In this document: one piece after another, positions 1 through 9,250 of the stretch
Numbering within the stretch: position 1 is the stretch's first letter
Layout: each line of letters begins with the position of its first letter
Source of the DNA: an uncultured Actinomycetes bacterium
GTDB taxonomy: Bacteria > Actinomycetota > Thermoleophilia > Gaiellales > JAICJC01
Assembly: GCA_963708365.1 (NCBI GenBank)
Contig: CAVPSM010000011.1
Span: 141,744-205,743, forward strand
Length of the DNA stretch: 64,000 nucleotides
Reading direction: 5' to 3'
The notes under the pieces: model-generated
The model's input: only the letters and a program-made list of their open reading frames with translations
Told to the model about the DNA's origin: nothing
Database searches by the model: none
Position numbers and translations under genes: made by a program

Positions 1-252
1 GCGGTCGCCTGGGCGGATCACCTCGATCGGGCCGCCGCGCCGCCCGCACAGCCCCACGCCCTCCGACACCCAGATCGTCTGACCATGGGGATGGATGTGC
101 CAGGCTGTGCGTGCTCCCGGAGTGAAGTGGACGCAGGCGGCAGCAATCCGCGACCCCTCGGATGGAGCGGCGATCGCATCGATGAAGACGCGTCCCGTGA
201 ACCAGTCGGCCGGCCCCGCGCCGGTGTCGAGCGCGTTCCTGGTGAGCTGCAT
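1..252 (-). CDS. cupin-domain protein; only the N-terminal part is present because the gene runs off the window
   Basis: My own minus-strand translation from ATG 252-250 gives MQLTRNALDTGAGPADWFTGRVFIDAIAAPSEGSRIAAACVHFTPGARTAWHIHPHGQTIWVSEGVG. This is a cupin-type G-x5-H-x-H..G motif. It is absent from the ORF track because no stop lies inside the window. Confidence 0.55.
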   Translation of the reverse strand, partial: MQLTRNALDTGAGPADWFTGRVFIDAIAAPSEGSRIAAACVHFTPGARTAWHIHPHGQTIWVSEGVGLCGRRGGPIEVIRPGDR

Positions 253-358
253 GGTGTCTCTCCCTCCGCTCGGATGTGCCCGCCGAGTGTTCTACCGCAG
301 GAGGGCGACTGCCTCCCGGGCCGGCGCCGCGGCCGGCCCGGGAGGCGAGGCGGTCAGG

Positions 359-1483
359 TCACGGGACGATCCGCAGGATCCGGCCCTGGCCCGCGCCGAA
401 CCCGAAGCCCCGGTCGGAGACGTAGAACGCTCCGTCGGAGCCGACCGTGACACCCGTCGGGAAGTCGAGCCCCGACGCGATGGTCTGGACCGGCCGGCCG
501 TCGTGCAGCCGCACCAGCGCGCCCGTGCCCGGGGTGGGGCCGCCCGGCGTGGTGCTCATCTCGAGCGCGTACAGCTGCCCGCGCCGGAAGGCGAGGCCGA
601 GCACCTGCTCGAGCCCGGACGCGCGCACCTTCAGGTGGCGGTGGCGTGTCATGTCCCAGACGTGCTCGTTCGGAGTGGTGCCGTCGGCCGCGCCGAACAG
701 TCCCAGGTTCCCGATCGAGAACCGGCCGTCGTGGTTGACGAGCGCCGTCGGCACGACGTGGCCGAGCTGGGCCGAGATGTCGACGACCCGCCGGATCCTC
801 CCTTTCGGGGTGACCCGGTCGAGCTCGCCGTGGTTCGAGTCCATCGGGTAGAGCGCCCGGCCGACGGCGATCATGCTGAACCAGGTGCCGTCGGGCTCGA
901 AGTCGGCCGCTTCGGGTTGCGCGACCGGATGCGTGCGCTGGAAGCGACTCAGGTTCGCGATCAGCGCCCAGCTGCCGTCGTGGTGGACGCGGATGACGCC
1001 GTTGGGGACGCCGGGCACGCCGTGCGAGCAGCCCGCACCGGCCAGCAGCGCGTACATGTGGTGGCCGATGAACGCGACGCTCGAGACGCCGCTCACGAGA
1101 CTGCCGAGCGCAGGGCTCGTCTGGCTCGAGGGCAGCCCTCGGACGACGACCGAGCGGGCGCCTGCCGGGGTCACCTGCGAGATCCGGCCGCCGAGCACCG
1201 GGTTGTTCGTGCTGCCCGTATACGGAGCCGCGCCGCCCGACGCCTGCCGGCACTTGCCGACGGTGGAGTGCGAGCCGCCGAGGCCGCCCTCGGCGACATA
1301 CAGGTCGCCGTTCGGCCCGAATACGAGTCCGCGCGGGTTGTTGAAGCCGGTGGCGAACACGCTCACGTGCGCCGTGTGCGACGCCGGCGCCGCGGACTGG
1401 CCGGTCGCGGAGGCGGCCTGGCCGCCGGCGACGAGCCCTGCGGCCACGGCGAGACTCGCCGCGGCCATGGTTGTCCGTTTCAT
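359..1483 (-). CDS. secreted beta-propeller protein (ScyD/ScyE-like, NHL/SGL-type repeats)
   Basis: ORF-track 374 aa. It has a signal peptide (MKRTTMAAASLAVAAGLVAGG). Repeated motifs NPRGLVFGPNGDLYVAE and GAFYVSDRGFG are typical of this propeller family. Confidence 0.8.
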   Translation of the reverse strand: MKRTTMAAASLAVAAGLVAGGQAASATGQSAAPASHTAHVSVFATGFNNPRGLVFGPNGDLYVAEGGLGGSHSTVGKCRQASGGAAPYTGSTNNPVLGGRISQVTPAGARSVVVRGLPSSQTSPALGSLVSGVSSVAFIGHHMYALLAGAGCSHGVPGVPNGVIRVHHDGSWALIANLSRFQRTHPVAQPEAADFEPDGTWFSMIAVGRALYPMDSNHGELDRVTPKGRIRRVVDISAQLGHVVPTALVNHDGRFSIGNLGLFGAADGTTPNEHVWDMTRHRHLKVRASGLEQVLGLAFRRGQLYALEMSTTPGGPTPGTGALVRLHDGRPVQTIASGLDFPTGVTVGSDGAFYVSDRGFGFGAGQGRILRIVP

Positions 1484-1587
1484 GGACGATCCCTCCCTGG
1501 GTGGTGGAGATGGTCAGCTCGACCCTAGGAACAGGCCCGTGGCGGCGCATCGGAAGATCTGCCCAGTTTCGGGCTAGTGTGAGGCCG

Positions 1588-2169
1588 GTGACGTCGGACT
1601 TCACCACCCTCCCACCTGACCTGCCGGCGCCGCAGGACGACGGCGCGGCCGACCACCTGCCGGGCATGCGGGTCCCCGCGCTCACGCTCGAGTCATCGAC
1701 GGGCCTCGTCGACCTGGCCGAGCTGGCCTCCGAGCGCGCCGTGATCTACCTCTACCCGATGACGGGCACGCCGGGCGAGCCGCTGATCGCCGGCTGGGAC
1801 GGGTTCCCGGGCGCGCGCGGATGCACGCCGGAATCGTGCGGCTTCCGCGATCACGCCGCCGAGTTGGCCGGGCTCGGTGCGCGCGTGGCCGGCCTGTCGG
1901 GGCAGACGCGTGCCGAGCAGGTCGCCTTCGCCGACCGAAACCGGATGCCGTTCCCGGTGATCGCCGATCCCGACCTGCGGCTGCGCGAGGCGCTCTCGCT
2001 ACCGACGTTCGCGCTCCACGGAGTCACGTACCTGTGCCGGCTCACGCTCGTCGCCGAGCACGGGGCGATCGTGAAGGCGTTCTACCCGGTGTTCCCGCCC
2101 GACCGGCACGCTGCCGAGGTGCTCGCCTGGCTCACGCAGCGCGGCCGGCTGGGAGTGCCGTCGCAGTAG
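1588..2169 (+). CDS. peroxiredoxin / redoxin (AhpC-TSA, Bcp-like)
   Basis: ORF 1471..2169 trimmed to GTG 1588 (VTSDFTTLPPDL). The redoxin core reads IYLYPMTGTPG ... GCTPESCGFRD. The start is uncertain (GTG 1579 or 1588). Confidence 0.8.
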   Translation: MTSDFTTLPPDLPAPQDDGAADHLPGMRVPALTLESSTGLVDLAELASERAVIYLYPMTGTPGEPLIAGWDGFPGARGCTPESCGFRDHAAELAGLGARVAGLSGQTRAEQVAFADRNRMPFPVIADPDLRLREALSLPTFALHGVTYLCRLTLVAEHGAIVKAFYPVFPPDRHAAEVLAWLTQRGRLGVPSQ

Positions 2170-2242
2170 CGCGGCATCGACAGACGGTGTAGCCTCACCC
2201 TCGCTCCCGGCCCCATCCGGGACCCACGACCCCGCTGCACAC

Positions 2243-2602
2243 GTGGCTGGCTACGAGCATCACACAGATCAGGCGACCCCTCGCCGCCACCTCTCCGCGG
2301 TGGACGACCGCGTCGGCCGTGTCACGGGCACGGGCGTGCGCCCCGGTGAGCCGCAGGTGTTCGACTCACTCACCGTCTCCTGCCATGGCTGCGGCCGCAG
2401 CATCCCGCCGGGTGAGGTGTTCACCCGATACCCCACGCCGGACGACAGGCGCCGCGACCTGACCTCGCCGTTCTGCCAGACGTGCCGGCCGATCGGCCCG
2501 CCGGAGCCGGCAGCGGAGCCGAGCTCGACGCAGGATCTGCTGAGCGCCCTGCGGCGCGGGCTCGAGCGCCAGGCCCAGACGGAGAGCGGGACGGAGGGCT
2601 AG
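2243..2602 (+). CDS. hypothetical protein with a CxxC...CxxC zinc-ribbon-like motif
   Basis: ORF-track 119 aa with a GTG start and high third-position GC. It contains CHGC ... CQTC. I recognise no family. Confidence 0.4.
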   Translation: MAGYEHHTDQATPRRHLSAVDDRVGRVTGTGVRPGEPQVFDSLTVSCHGCGRSIPPGEVFTRYPTPDDRRRDLTSPFCQTCRPIGPPEPAAEPSSTQDLLSALRRGLERQAQTESGTEG

Positions 2603-2610
2603 AGCGGTCG

Positions 2611-3018
2611 CTAGGCGGTGCGTGCGTGCGGCATGCTCGCGACGACCGACCCGGCGTGCTCGGCGACGAGCGCGGCCATCCGCAGCTGCGGCATGCACAG
2701 GCCCTGGGCGCGGCCGAGCAGGATCACGCCCGCCGGCGCACCGTCGGCCCAGACGGGGATCGCCGCGACCGTCGGCGGCTGGCCCTGGGAGTAGACGCGG
2801 CGGTCGGCCAGGACGGCGGCGGCGACGTGGCCGTGGGGCTGATCCACCGGGTTCCCGGTGTAGGCGGAGGCGGGAGTGAACATGGCCCAGTCGGCGCCGA
2901 CGAGCGCGGGCAGCTCGTGGGCGGCCAGGTGGGCGGCGTCCTCGGGCGAGGCGCAGCCGGGCAGGCGCCGGAGCAGTCGCTCGGCGTCCTCGATCGCCGG
3001 ATCGTCGGCGGGCCGCAT
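2611..3018 (-). CDS. GAF-domain protein
   Basis: ORF 2611..3078 is GAF-like (PVWADGAPAGVILLGRAQG). I trimmed it to the internal ATG at 3018 because the upstream part overlaps a better-supported small ORF. The start is uncertain. Confidence 0.5.
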   Translation of the reverse strand: MRPADDPAIEDAERLLRRLPGCASPEDAAHLAAHELPALVGADWAMFTPASAYTGNPVDQPHGHVAAAVLADRRVYSQGQPPTVAAIPVWADGAPAGVILLGRAQGLCMPQLRMAALVAEHAGSVVASMPHARTA

Positions 3019-3055
3019 CAGCAGCTCGTCGCGCACGGTCGAGGCGGGACGGTGG

Positions 3056-3202
3056 CTAGATGAGGTAGCCACCGGCAAGCGACTGGAACTCGCGGGTCTG
3101 CGTGTAGTTGCGGGGCCGCGTCAGCCGGTAGGCGGAGACGGCGACCGGGACCGCAAGCGCGGCCAGGGCGGCCAGCCCGACAATTCCCGATGATCGTTTC
3201 AC
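3056..3202 (-). CDS. small (48 aa) membrane or secreted protein, absent from the ORF track
   Basis: My own translation gives VKRSSGIVGLAALAALAVPVAVSAYRLTRPRNYTQTREFQSLAGGYLI. The GTG is preceded by AAGGAGCACCGCC (a strong SD with 7-nt spacing). The ORF has high GC3 and a hydrophobic N-terminus. Confidence 0.4.
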   Translation of the reverse strand: MKRSSGIVGLAALAALAVPVAVSAYRLTRPRNYTQTREFQSLAGGYLI

Positions 3203-3311
3203 GGCGGTGCTCCTTGGGAGGGACAGGGAGTCACTCCGGTGTATCGGCCGCTCCGCCGCGATTCTGTAGCCCCGCCGCGCGACTCAAGAACCGGGCAGGG
3301 CGTGCCGATGG

Positions 3312-4073
3312 GTGTCGTCCATGCGCTGGACGATTTCCCTGCTCGTAGCGATTTCTGCGCTCTCGACGGCACCAACCGCGAGCGCGATGGCACTGCACAC
3401 GATGACCCTCGGCCGCCCTGTCCCGGCGGTGCGGCCCGACGCAGGGTCTCCCCCTCGAGAACATGCGCCCAGACATCGGTTCACGCTACTCGACGAGTCG
3501 GCCGGAACAGCCGTCCGGGCACGGCCCCGCGGACGCGTGCTGGGGACGCTCGCCGGCAGCACGCCGCTCGGCACGCCCACCTGGCTCTGGGCGGTCGCGT
3601 TCAGCCGCAACGACGGCTGGGCGCAGGTCGTCCTGCCGTGGCGGCCGAACGGCAGCACCGGATGGGTGCGGGTGCGCGGACACCGCGTCGTGCACACCCG
3701 GACGTGGGTGCAGGCCGACCTCTCGCGGCGACGCGTCATGCTCATGCACGGCTCGCACGTCGTACGCTCCTTCCCCGCCGCCATCGGCGCGTCCGACTCC
3801 CCCACGCCGATCGGCCGCTTCAGCGTGACCGACCCGATCTCGACGGGCGATCCCTCCGGGCCCTACGGGTGGTACGCGTTCGGCCTGTCCGGCCACCAGC
3901 CCAACCTGCCGCCCGGCTGGACCGGCGGCGACCAGCTCGCGATCCACGGGACCAACGCCCCCGCGTCGATCGGCACCCCCGCGTCCGCCGGCTGCCTGCG
4001 CGTCTCCGCTGCGGCGCTCTGGGTCTTGAAGCGGGCGCTCCGGCCGGGGACCCCGGTCGTCATCCACCCGTAG
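3312..4073 (+). CDS. L,D-transpeptidase (YkuD family), secreted
   Basis: It has a signal peptide (LLVAISALSTAPTASA). The catalytic motif HGTNAPASIGTPASAGCLRV is present. Confidence 0.85.
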   Translation: MSSMRWTISLLVAISALSTAPTASAMALHTMTLGRPVPAVRPDAGSPPREHAPRHRFTLLDESAGTAVRARPRGRVLGTLAGSTPLGTPTWLWAVAFSRNDGWAQVVLPWRPNGSTGWVRVRGHRVVHTRTWVQADLSRRRVMLMHGSHVVRSFPAAIGASDSPTPIGRFSVTDPISTGDPSGPYGWYAFGLSGHQPNLPPGWTGGDQLAIHGTNAPASIGTPASAGCLRVSAAALWVLKRALRPGTPVVIHP

Positions 4074-4856
4074 CCGAGCTACCCGGCCAGCAGGGGCGGA
4101 GGTACGCGCCGGGCTCGCCCAGGAACGTGCGCCACGACTGCACGAGCTCGCCGTAGACGGCCGGGCGGATCCCCCACTCGCCCAGCTCGAGCAGCGCCGC
4201 CCCGGGGAGCGCGACCAGGAGCGGCGAGTGAGTCGCGACGATCACCTGGCTCCCCTCCGCGCGCATCTCGTCCAGAAGCGCGATGAGCGCGAGGCACGAC
4301 CGGACCGAGAGCGCGGCCTCGGGCTCGTCCATGAAGTAGACGCCGACCTCGCCGAACCGGTGCCGCAGGACGGCGAGGAACGACTCGCCGTGCGACCGCG
4401 TCGCGAGCTGTTCGCCGTCCCACGCCGCGGCCTGCTGCGGGTCGGCGTCGATCCCGGCGAGGTACTGGTGCATCGCCTCGGCGCGCAGGAAGAATCCGGC
4501 CGGCGACGCCGGGGGTGCGTCCGCGCGCGCAGGTGATACATCAGCGGCGAGTCCTCGGAGCTCTCCGCCGGCCCCAGCTTGTCGGCGTACGGCGTGGCGA
4601 ACCCACGCCGCGGGTAGACGGCCGCGAGCGCCTCGACGAGGGTGCTCTTGCCGCTCCCGTTCTCGCCGACGAGGAAGGTGACGCCGGCCGGGAGCTCGAG
4701 GCCGCCGGCGGCGATCAGCTGTGCCACGGCGGGGATCGAGTACGGCCAGGTCGCAAGGTCCGGCGGGTGCTCGCGGGACGGGTTCCAGTCGACGCGCTCG
4801 AGCTGCCGGGGGTGGTCGGTCACCGGCGGCCACACTATCGTTCGCGATATGGCCAC
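4060..4856 (-). pseudogene. AAA/ABC-type ATPase split by one frameshift
   Basis: The N-terminal half (Walker A VGENGSGKST) lies in the frame of ORF 4242..4856. The C-terminal half (Walker B VYFMDEPEAALS, ...VATHSP) lies in the frame of ORF 4060..4971. The junction is at the CGCGCGCG tract, 4521-4530. Confidence 0.7.
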
Positions 4857-5259
4857 GGTCAGCGTCCGCTACATCGTCCACGACGTCGACGCGGCGATCG
4901 CCTTCTACTGCGGCGAGCTCGGGTTCCAGGAGGTCATGCACCCGGCGCCGGCGTTCGCGATGCTCTCGCACGGCGACCTGCGGCTCGTCCTGAGCGCCCC
5001 CGGCGGCGGTCCGGGCGGCGGCCAGGCGATGCCCGACGGCACGATGCCCGAGCCGGGCGGCTGGAACCGCTTCTCCCTCGAGGTCACCGACATCGAGGCG
5101 ACTGTCGAGCGCCTCCGCAAGGCCGGCGCCCGCTTCCGCAACGACATCGTCACCGGCTTCGGCGGCAAGCAGATCCTGGTCGAGGACCCCTCCGGGAACC
5201 CGGTCGAGCTGTTCGAGCCGACCCGCGACGAGGCCCGGCTCGACCGCCCATCCGGCTGA
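4849..5259 (+). CDS. VOC (glyoxalase/bleomycin-resistance) family protein
   Basis: ORF 4642..5259 trimmed to Met70 (MATVSVRYIVHDVDAAIAFY). The VOC beta-alpha-beta motif and the ending ...ILVEDPSGNPVELFEP are present. Confidence 0.8.
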   Translation: MATVSVRYIVHDVDAAIAFYCGELGFQEVMHPAPAFAMLSHGDLRLVLSAPGGGPGGGQAMPDGTMPEPGGWNRFSLEVTDIEATVERLRKAGARFRNDIVTGFGGKQILVEDPSGNPVELFEPTRDEARLDRPSG

Positions 5260-5307
5260 CCCAGCGGGCGTCCGCCGCGGGGGCGGTCACGTACACTGGC
5301 GGCCAGA

Positions 5308-5381
5308 CGGGACGTGGCGCAGCCTGGTAGCGCACCTGCTTTGGGAGCAGGGGGTCGCGAGTTCGAATCTCGCCGTCCCGA
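5308..5381 (+). tRNA. tRNA-Pro (anticodon TGG)
   Basis: Hand-folded cloverleaf. The acceptor CGGGACG pairs with CGTCCCG. The anticodon loop is TTTGGGA and the T-loop is GTTCGAATC. CCA is not encoded. Confidence 0.85.
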
Positions 5382-5536
5382 CCTTTACCGAAGCCAAATC
5401 TGAGACCGACGAAGAGGGCATGGCAGGGCTCCCTCGTCGTCGGGACGCCACCCAAACAGGTAGTGGGCAAGGGGGGCGTGATGCGATAGGTTGACTTGTC
5501 CGATTATGGGAGGTACGCCGCCCCATTCGGACGACG

Positions 5537-5563
5537 AAAACAGGCCAAAGGCGTGCCTGTTTT
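5537..5563 (+). terminator. terminator-like hairpin with a T-tract
   Basis: AAAACAGGC-caaaggcgt-GCCTGTTTT in the low-GC spacer after tRNA-Pro. The stem is weak. Confidence 0.3.
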
Positions 5564-5596
5564 CGCGAAGTCCCCCACGGTTTCGCAGGAGGCGAT

Positions 5597-5992
5597 ATGA
5601 GGAATCTCAAGTGGGCAGCCGCGCTCGCCGCGGTGCTCGTCGTGGCCGTGGCCGGAACGGCCGCGGCCACCAGTGCCCTGGTGGCGACGCCGAAGTATCC
5701 GGCAGCGTGCAAGAAGGTGGTTGCCTGCGTCGACAACCATCTGAACAATCTGGACGCGCGGCTACACCAGCAGCACACCCAGATCGTCGCGCTTCAGAGC
5801 CAGATTCAGACCATGTCCAGCCAGCTCGCCTGCTACGGCTCGGTCAATGTGGCGCAGTACCCGCACGGGGCCAGCACGAGCACTGGAGACACCGCGCCCG
5901 GCAGCGGGGGTACGTGGCTCGATCTGATGCGCCCGGACAACCCCGCGAACAACCAGGTGTACCCGTTCGTCGTCAACTGGTGCGGTAACTGA
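5597..5992 (+). CDS. secreted hypothetical protein (signal peptide, coiled-coil-like, 4 Cys)
   Basis: ORF-track 131 aa beginning MRNLKWAAALAAVLVVAVAGTAAA. An SD (GGAGG) lies upstream. GC is lower than in the neighbouring genes. Confidence 0.7.
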   Translation: MRNLKWAAALAAVLVVAVAGTAAATSALVATPKYPAACKKVVACVDNHLNNLDARLHQQHTQIVALQSQIQTMSSQLACYGSVNVAQYPHGASTSTGDTAPGSGGTWLDLMRPDNPANNQVYPFVVNWCGN

Positions 5993-6008
5993 CCGCATGC
6001 GCCTCCCG

Positions 6009-6040
6009 TCCCCCCGCGGCTCGATCCGCCCGCGGGGGGA
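6009..6040 (+). terminator. intrinsic-terminator-like hairpin
   Basis: Perfect 11-bp stem TCCCCCCGCGG / CCGCGGGGGGA with a 10-nt loop, 17 nt after the stop at 5992. Confidence 0.6.
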
Positions 6041-6470
6041 CGACTCGCGACGCGTCCGCCCACATGGCGGGATGCCTGGCGGAACGCCTCTGACAATGCG
6101 ATGCGCAGTACCATCCAGGCCGTGGACGGCTTCTATCCGCCGACCGTCAGCGCATACTGGTGATCGTTCGATCACGCTGCCCGTGTGGCACGTGAGCTGG
6201 AGCGAGCCGCGGGGCCGTCTGGGCTGCGATCCCGAAGACGGGAACGGACGGGGGCGTTGCAGGCCCGCCTCAGGGCGCTTGTGACGAGCGTCGGCAAGTC
6301 CCCGTAGTCGTTCTGCGCCAGGGCGGACCCTCCGGGCGCGCCGTGCGGATGCCGTGAGTGACCTCGATAACCCTGGGCGGGTGCCGGCCTTCATGGCGCC
6401 CCCCGGGCGGTGCTCCCTGGCGTCTGGATGACCCCGCCGCTTGGCGGGAACCCGAACGAAGGGGCATCAC

Positions 6471-6947
6471 ATGATTCGGTCATCACTGATCGCGATCACC
6501 GCGATCGCCGCGGCACTCGCCGTTGGCGGGGCCGGCTTCGCGAGCGCCGCAAGCCCGGCGGCGCACGGTCAGACGTTCCGTGTTCGAGAGACGATCACCG
6601 CGGTTGGATCCGTCGACGCTGCCCCCGCCGGACTGAGCCCCGGCGACGAGTCGATCCTCCACCTCCAGATCACCACCCTTGCAGGCAAGGCGATCGGCGT
6701 GAACGACGCGGTGTGCACCGTCCTCGCGCCTGTGAGCGCGGGCCTGGCCCACTGCGTCGGGACGGGGACACTGCCGGGCGGGACGATCGAATGGGGTGGC
6801 GACCTGCGGCTCAATGGCGCGCCGGACACGTTCGCCATCACCGGCGGCACCGGTAGCTACCGAGACGCTGCCGGCCAGATCCACGTCCGCCACACCAACC
6901 CACCGACCAACACCAAGGTGATCGTGACCATCCGGCTCGCCGGATAG
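6471..6947 (+). CDS. secreted dirigent / allene-oxide-cyclase-barrel-like protein
   Basis: ORF 6441..6947 trimmed to Met11 ([26 protein letters not shown]). The C-terminal [15 protein letters not shown] motif is typical of this family. Confidence 0.7.
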   Translation: MIRSSLIAITAIAAALAVGGAGFASAASPAAHGQTFRVRETITAVGSVDAAPAGLSPGDESILHLQITTLAGKAIGVNDAVCTVLAPVSAGLAHCVGTGTLPGGTIEWGGDLRLNGAPDTFAITGGTGSYRDAAGQIHVRHTNPPTNTKVIVTIRLAG

Positions 6948-7020
6948 ACGCGGTCATCTCGCGGCCGGTGGTCCAGGCCACCGGACCACCGGCCACCCAG
7001 GCGTCGCCTACCCTGCCGTC

Positions 7021-7494
7021 ATGGGGAACTTGATCGACTCCGGCTGGGCGGCCTGGCTGCCGTTCGAGCTGATCGACGCGCTCGAGGCCCGCGATGGCAA
7101 TTCCGCTCGCCGCCGCGCGTTTCGCACCCGGCTCGCACGCGGCCCTTCGGCCGACGATCGTGAGCGCTGGGAGCGCTTCGCGCTCGTCTGTCCTTCGCGC
7201 ATCGACCTGCCGAGCGAGGACGACCTCGACGAGGACGCCGCCCACCGCGTGCTCGACGATCTCGGCCTGCTTGACCCGACGTCACAGGAGGCGGTCGAGG
7301 TGGTGCTCACGCTCGACCACGACGACGTTCGCGAGCTCGAGCGGATCCGGGCCGCCCGCGACATCGGTCCCATCGCCGCCGTGCCCGCCGGCCTGCCGGA
7401 GCTCGGAAACGTGCTCGGCGGCGGCAAGACCGGGCGCAACGATCCGTGCCCGTGCGGCTCGGGCAAGAAGTTCAAGCGCTGCCACGGCCGCTGA
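7021..7494 (+). CDS. SEC-C metal-binding-motif protein
   Basis: The C-terminus [20 protein letters not shown] is the canonical SEC-C motif. Confidence 0.8.
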   Translation: MGNLIDSGWAAWLPFELIDALEARDGNSARRRAFRTRLARGPSADDRERWERFALVCPSRIDLPSEDDLDEDAAHRVLDDLGLLDPTSQEAVEVVLTLDHDDVRELERIRAARDIGPIAAVPAGLPELGNVLGGGKTGRNDPCPCGSGKKFKRCHGR

Positions 7495-7755
7495 CGGAGA
7501 CGGCGCTTCCGGGCGAGCGGCGCAGCACCGGTGAGCTTCGCGTGCGGGCGTTGTAAGTGGCGTGTGAACCTGGCTCAGCATCCCCCAAAGCGGATGACGG
7601 TCCGCGTTGCACCCGCATTCAAGGATGAAGCCGACACGCTCGGAGGAGGGCTGAACCGCCCGAGCGGCCTCGCCGGAATCCCCGAGCCCGATCACCGAGC
7701 GGGCCCGGCGAAAGGTCGTCCCACACGCCGAGCCCCATGCTCCCAAGGAGGCAGG

Positions 7756-8187
7756 ATGAAGCACCCGAAGTCCCTCGCAGTGACGGCCATCGTCGCCCTG
7801 CTCGTCGTCGCGGCCCCGGCATACGGGAACGCGACGAACTCGATGCAGCCCGCGCACGTCTATTACGGAACCGTCGTGAGCGGCAACCACCCCGACAAGC
7901 TGATCACGCTCCACAACGGCACGGGCGCGACTCAGACGATCGACACCGTCGGCATCAGCGGCGCGGGCGGCTACGTGTTCACGCTCGCCGCGAACACCTC
8001 GATCCTCGCCAATTCCGGCCTGCCGCGGTGCAAGCCCGGCCTCGTGCTCGCCCCCGGCGCGCGCTGCGCGATCGACGTCCGGCTGCACACGCTGCGGCCC
8101 AACTGGTTCCGCTCCGTGCTGAGCGTCGTCTACATGAACGGCTGGTTCAACTCGAGCGAGCTGCGCGCGCACGTGGTGTCACCGTGA
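7756..8187 (+). CDS. secreted hypothetical protein
   Basis: ORF 7531..8187 trimmed to Met76. An AAGGAGG SD lies 5 nt upstream. The signal peptide is MKHPKSLAVTAIVALLVVAAPAYG. Confidence 0.7.
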   Translation: MKHPKSLAVTAIVALLVVAAPAYGNATNSMQPAHVYYGTVVSGNHPDKLITLHNGTGATQTIDTVGISGAGGYVFTLAANTSILANSGLPRCKPGLVLAPGARCAIDVRLHTLRPNWFRSVLSVVYMNGWFNSSELRAHVVSP

Positions 8188-8234
8188 CGAGACGGGACGT
8201 GTGACCGACGGCGACGCTTCCGTGCGGTCAGCCG

Positions 8235-8675
8235 TCAGGGCAGGTTTTGCTCCCAGCGCGAGAGCTCGTACGCGACGCCGGGACGAGCGCCGAGCGCCAG
8301 GATCGAGGTGCCGTCGACGGTCGCACGGGCGCTGCGGATGAGCGCCGGGTCGCGCACGAACACCAGCGTGCCGGCGGGCGCATCGACGTCCTTGCCGTCC
8401 ACGGTGAAGACGGCGTGCCCGCTCATCACGGCGAACAGCTCCTCATGGCCGTTGGTGCCGTTCTCCTCGTCGTCGGCCTCGTGGTGCGGCTCCACCATCT
8501 CGTCGCCCACGTCACCGGTGATGCCGTTCACCCCGAACGAGCGGATGTCGAAGTGGCGACGGACGAGGTGGAAGTCGCCGTCGGTCGCGTCGGGATAGTT
8601 CGGGTCGATGTCGGTCACGACGACGACATCGTCCAGGCGCGCGGCGGCGAACGGCGCTTTGGCGGGGTCAGTCAC
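8235..8675 (-). CDS. cupin-domain protein
   Basis: ORF-track 146 aa. HHEADDEENGTNGHEELFAVMSGHAVFTVDGK looks like a cupin core. Confidence 0.7.
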   Translation of the reverse strand: MTDPAKAPFAAARLDDVVVVTDIDPNYPDATDGDFHLVRRHFDIRSFGVNGITGDVGDEMVEPHHEADDEENGTNGHEELFAVMSGHAVFTVDGKDVDAPAGTLVFVRDPALIRSARATVDGTSILALGARPGVAYELSRWEQNLP

Positions 8676-8782
8676 ACGGGCGACTGTACTCTCCGCGCGG
8701 CGAAGACGTCCGATTCGTTCAAGCGGCCCGCGGCGCGCGCCCGTAGCGTCCGTCGGAGCACACCACCATCTCGGAGGTTCCC

Positions 8783-9205
8783 ATGGACATCGAGTTCGTC
8801 GCCGGCTTCGCCGTCATCGCGCCCGACCCGGCCCGCAGCCGCAGGCTCTACCTCGACGCGCTCGGCCTTCCGCTCGAGGCGAGCGCGGGGAGCGACTACT
8901 TCCACAGCGAGCGCGTCGCCGGCGCGAAACACTTCGGCGTCTGGCCGCTGGCCGAGGCGGCGGAAGCCTGCTTCGGGAGCCGGGAGTGGCCGAAGGACGT
9001 GACCGTGCCGCAGGCGTCGGTCGAGTTCGAGGTCGCCGATGCCGGGGCGGTCGCGACCGCGGCCGCCGAGCTCCGCGAGGCGGGGTTCGAGCTCGTGCAC
9101 GACGCGCGCGAGGAGCCCTGGGGGCAGACGGTCGCCCGGCTGCTGTCCTCGGAGGGCCTCATCGTCGGCATCTCCCACGCCCCGTTCCTGCACGGGGCGG
9201 AGTGA
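8783..9205 (+). CDS. VOC/glyoxalase-family protein
   Basis: ORF-track 140 aa. The N-terminus FAVIAPDPARSRRLYLDALGL and the C-terminus EPWGQTVARLLSSEGLIVGIS fit the VOC pattern. Confidence 0.75.
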   Translation: MDIEFVAGFAVIAPDPARSRRLYLDALGLPLEASAGSDYFHSERVAGAKHFGVWPLAEAAEACFGSREWPKDVTVPQASVEFEVADAGAVATAAAELREAGFELVHDAREEPWGQTVARLLSSEGLIVGISHAPFLHGAE

Positions 9206-9250
9206 GGCGCCCGCGCGAGCGATCCGATCAGCCGGGCCGCCGGGCAAGCG

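Noticed and set aside
6041-6470. 430-bp gap checked for a gene or structured RNA
   Set aside because: I found only short ORFs with poor codon bias and no recognisable RNA motif by eye. An Infernal scan would be needed before claiming anything.
5308-8187. Integrated mobile element at tRNA-Pro
   Set aside because: I found no integrase, excisionase, transposase or direct repeat of the tRNA 3-prime end. The only evidence is lower GC and small secreted proteins.
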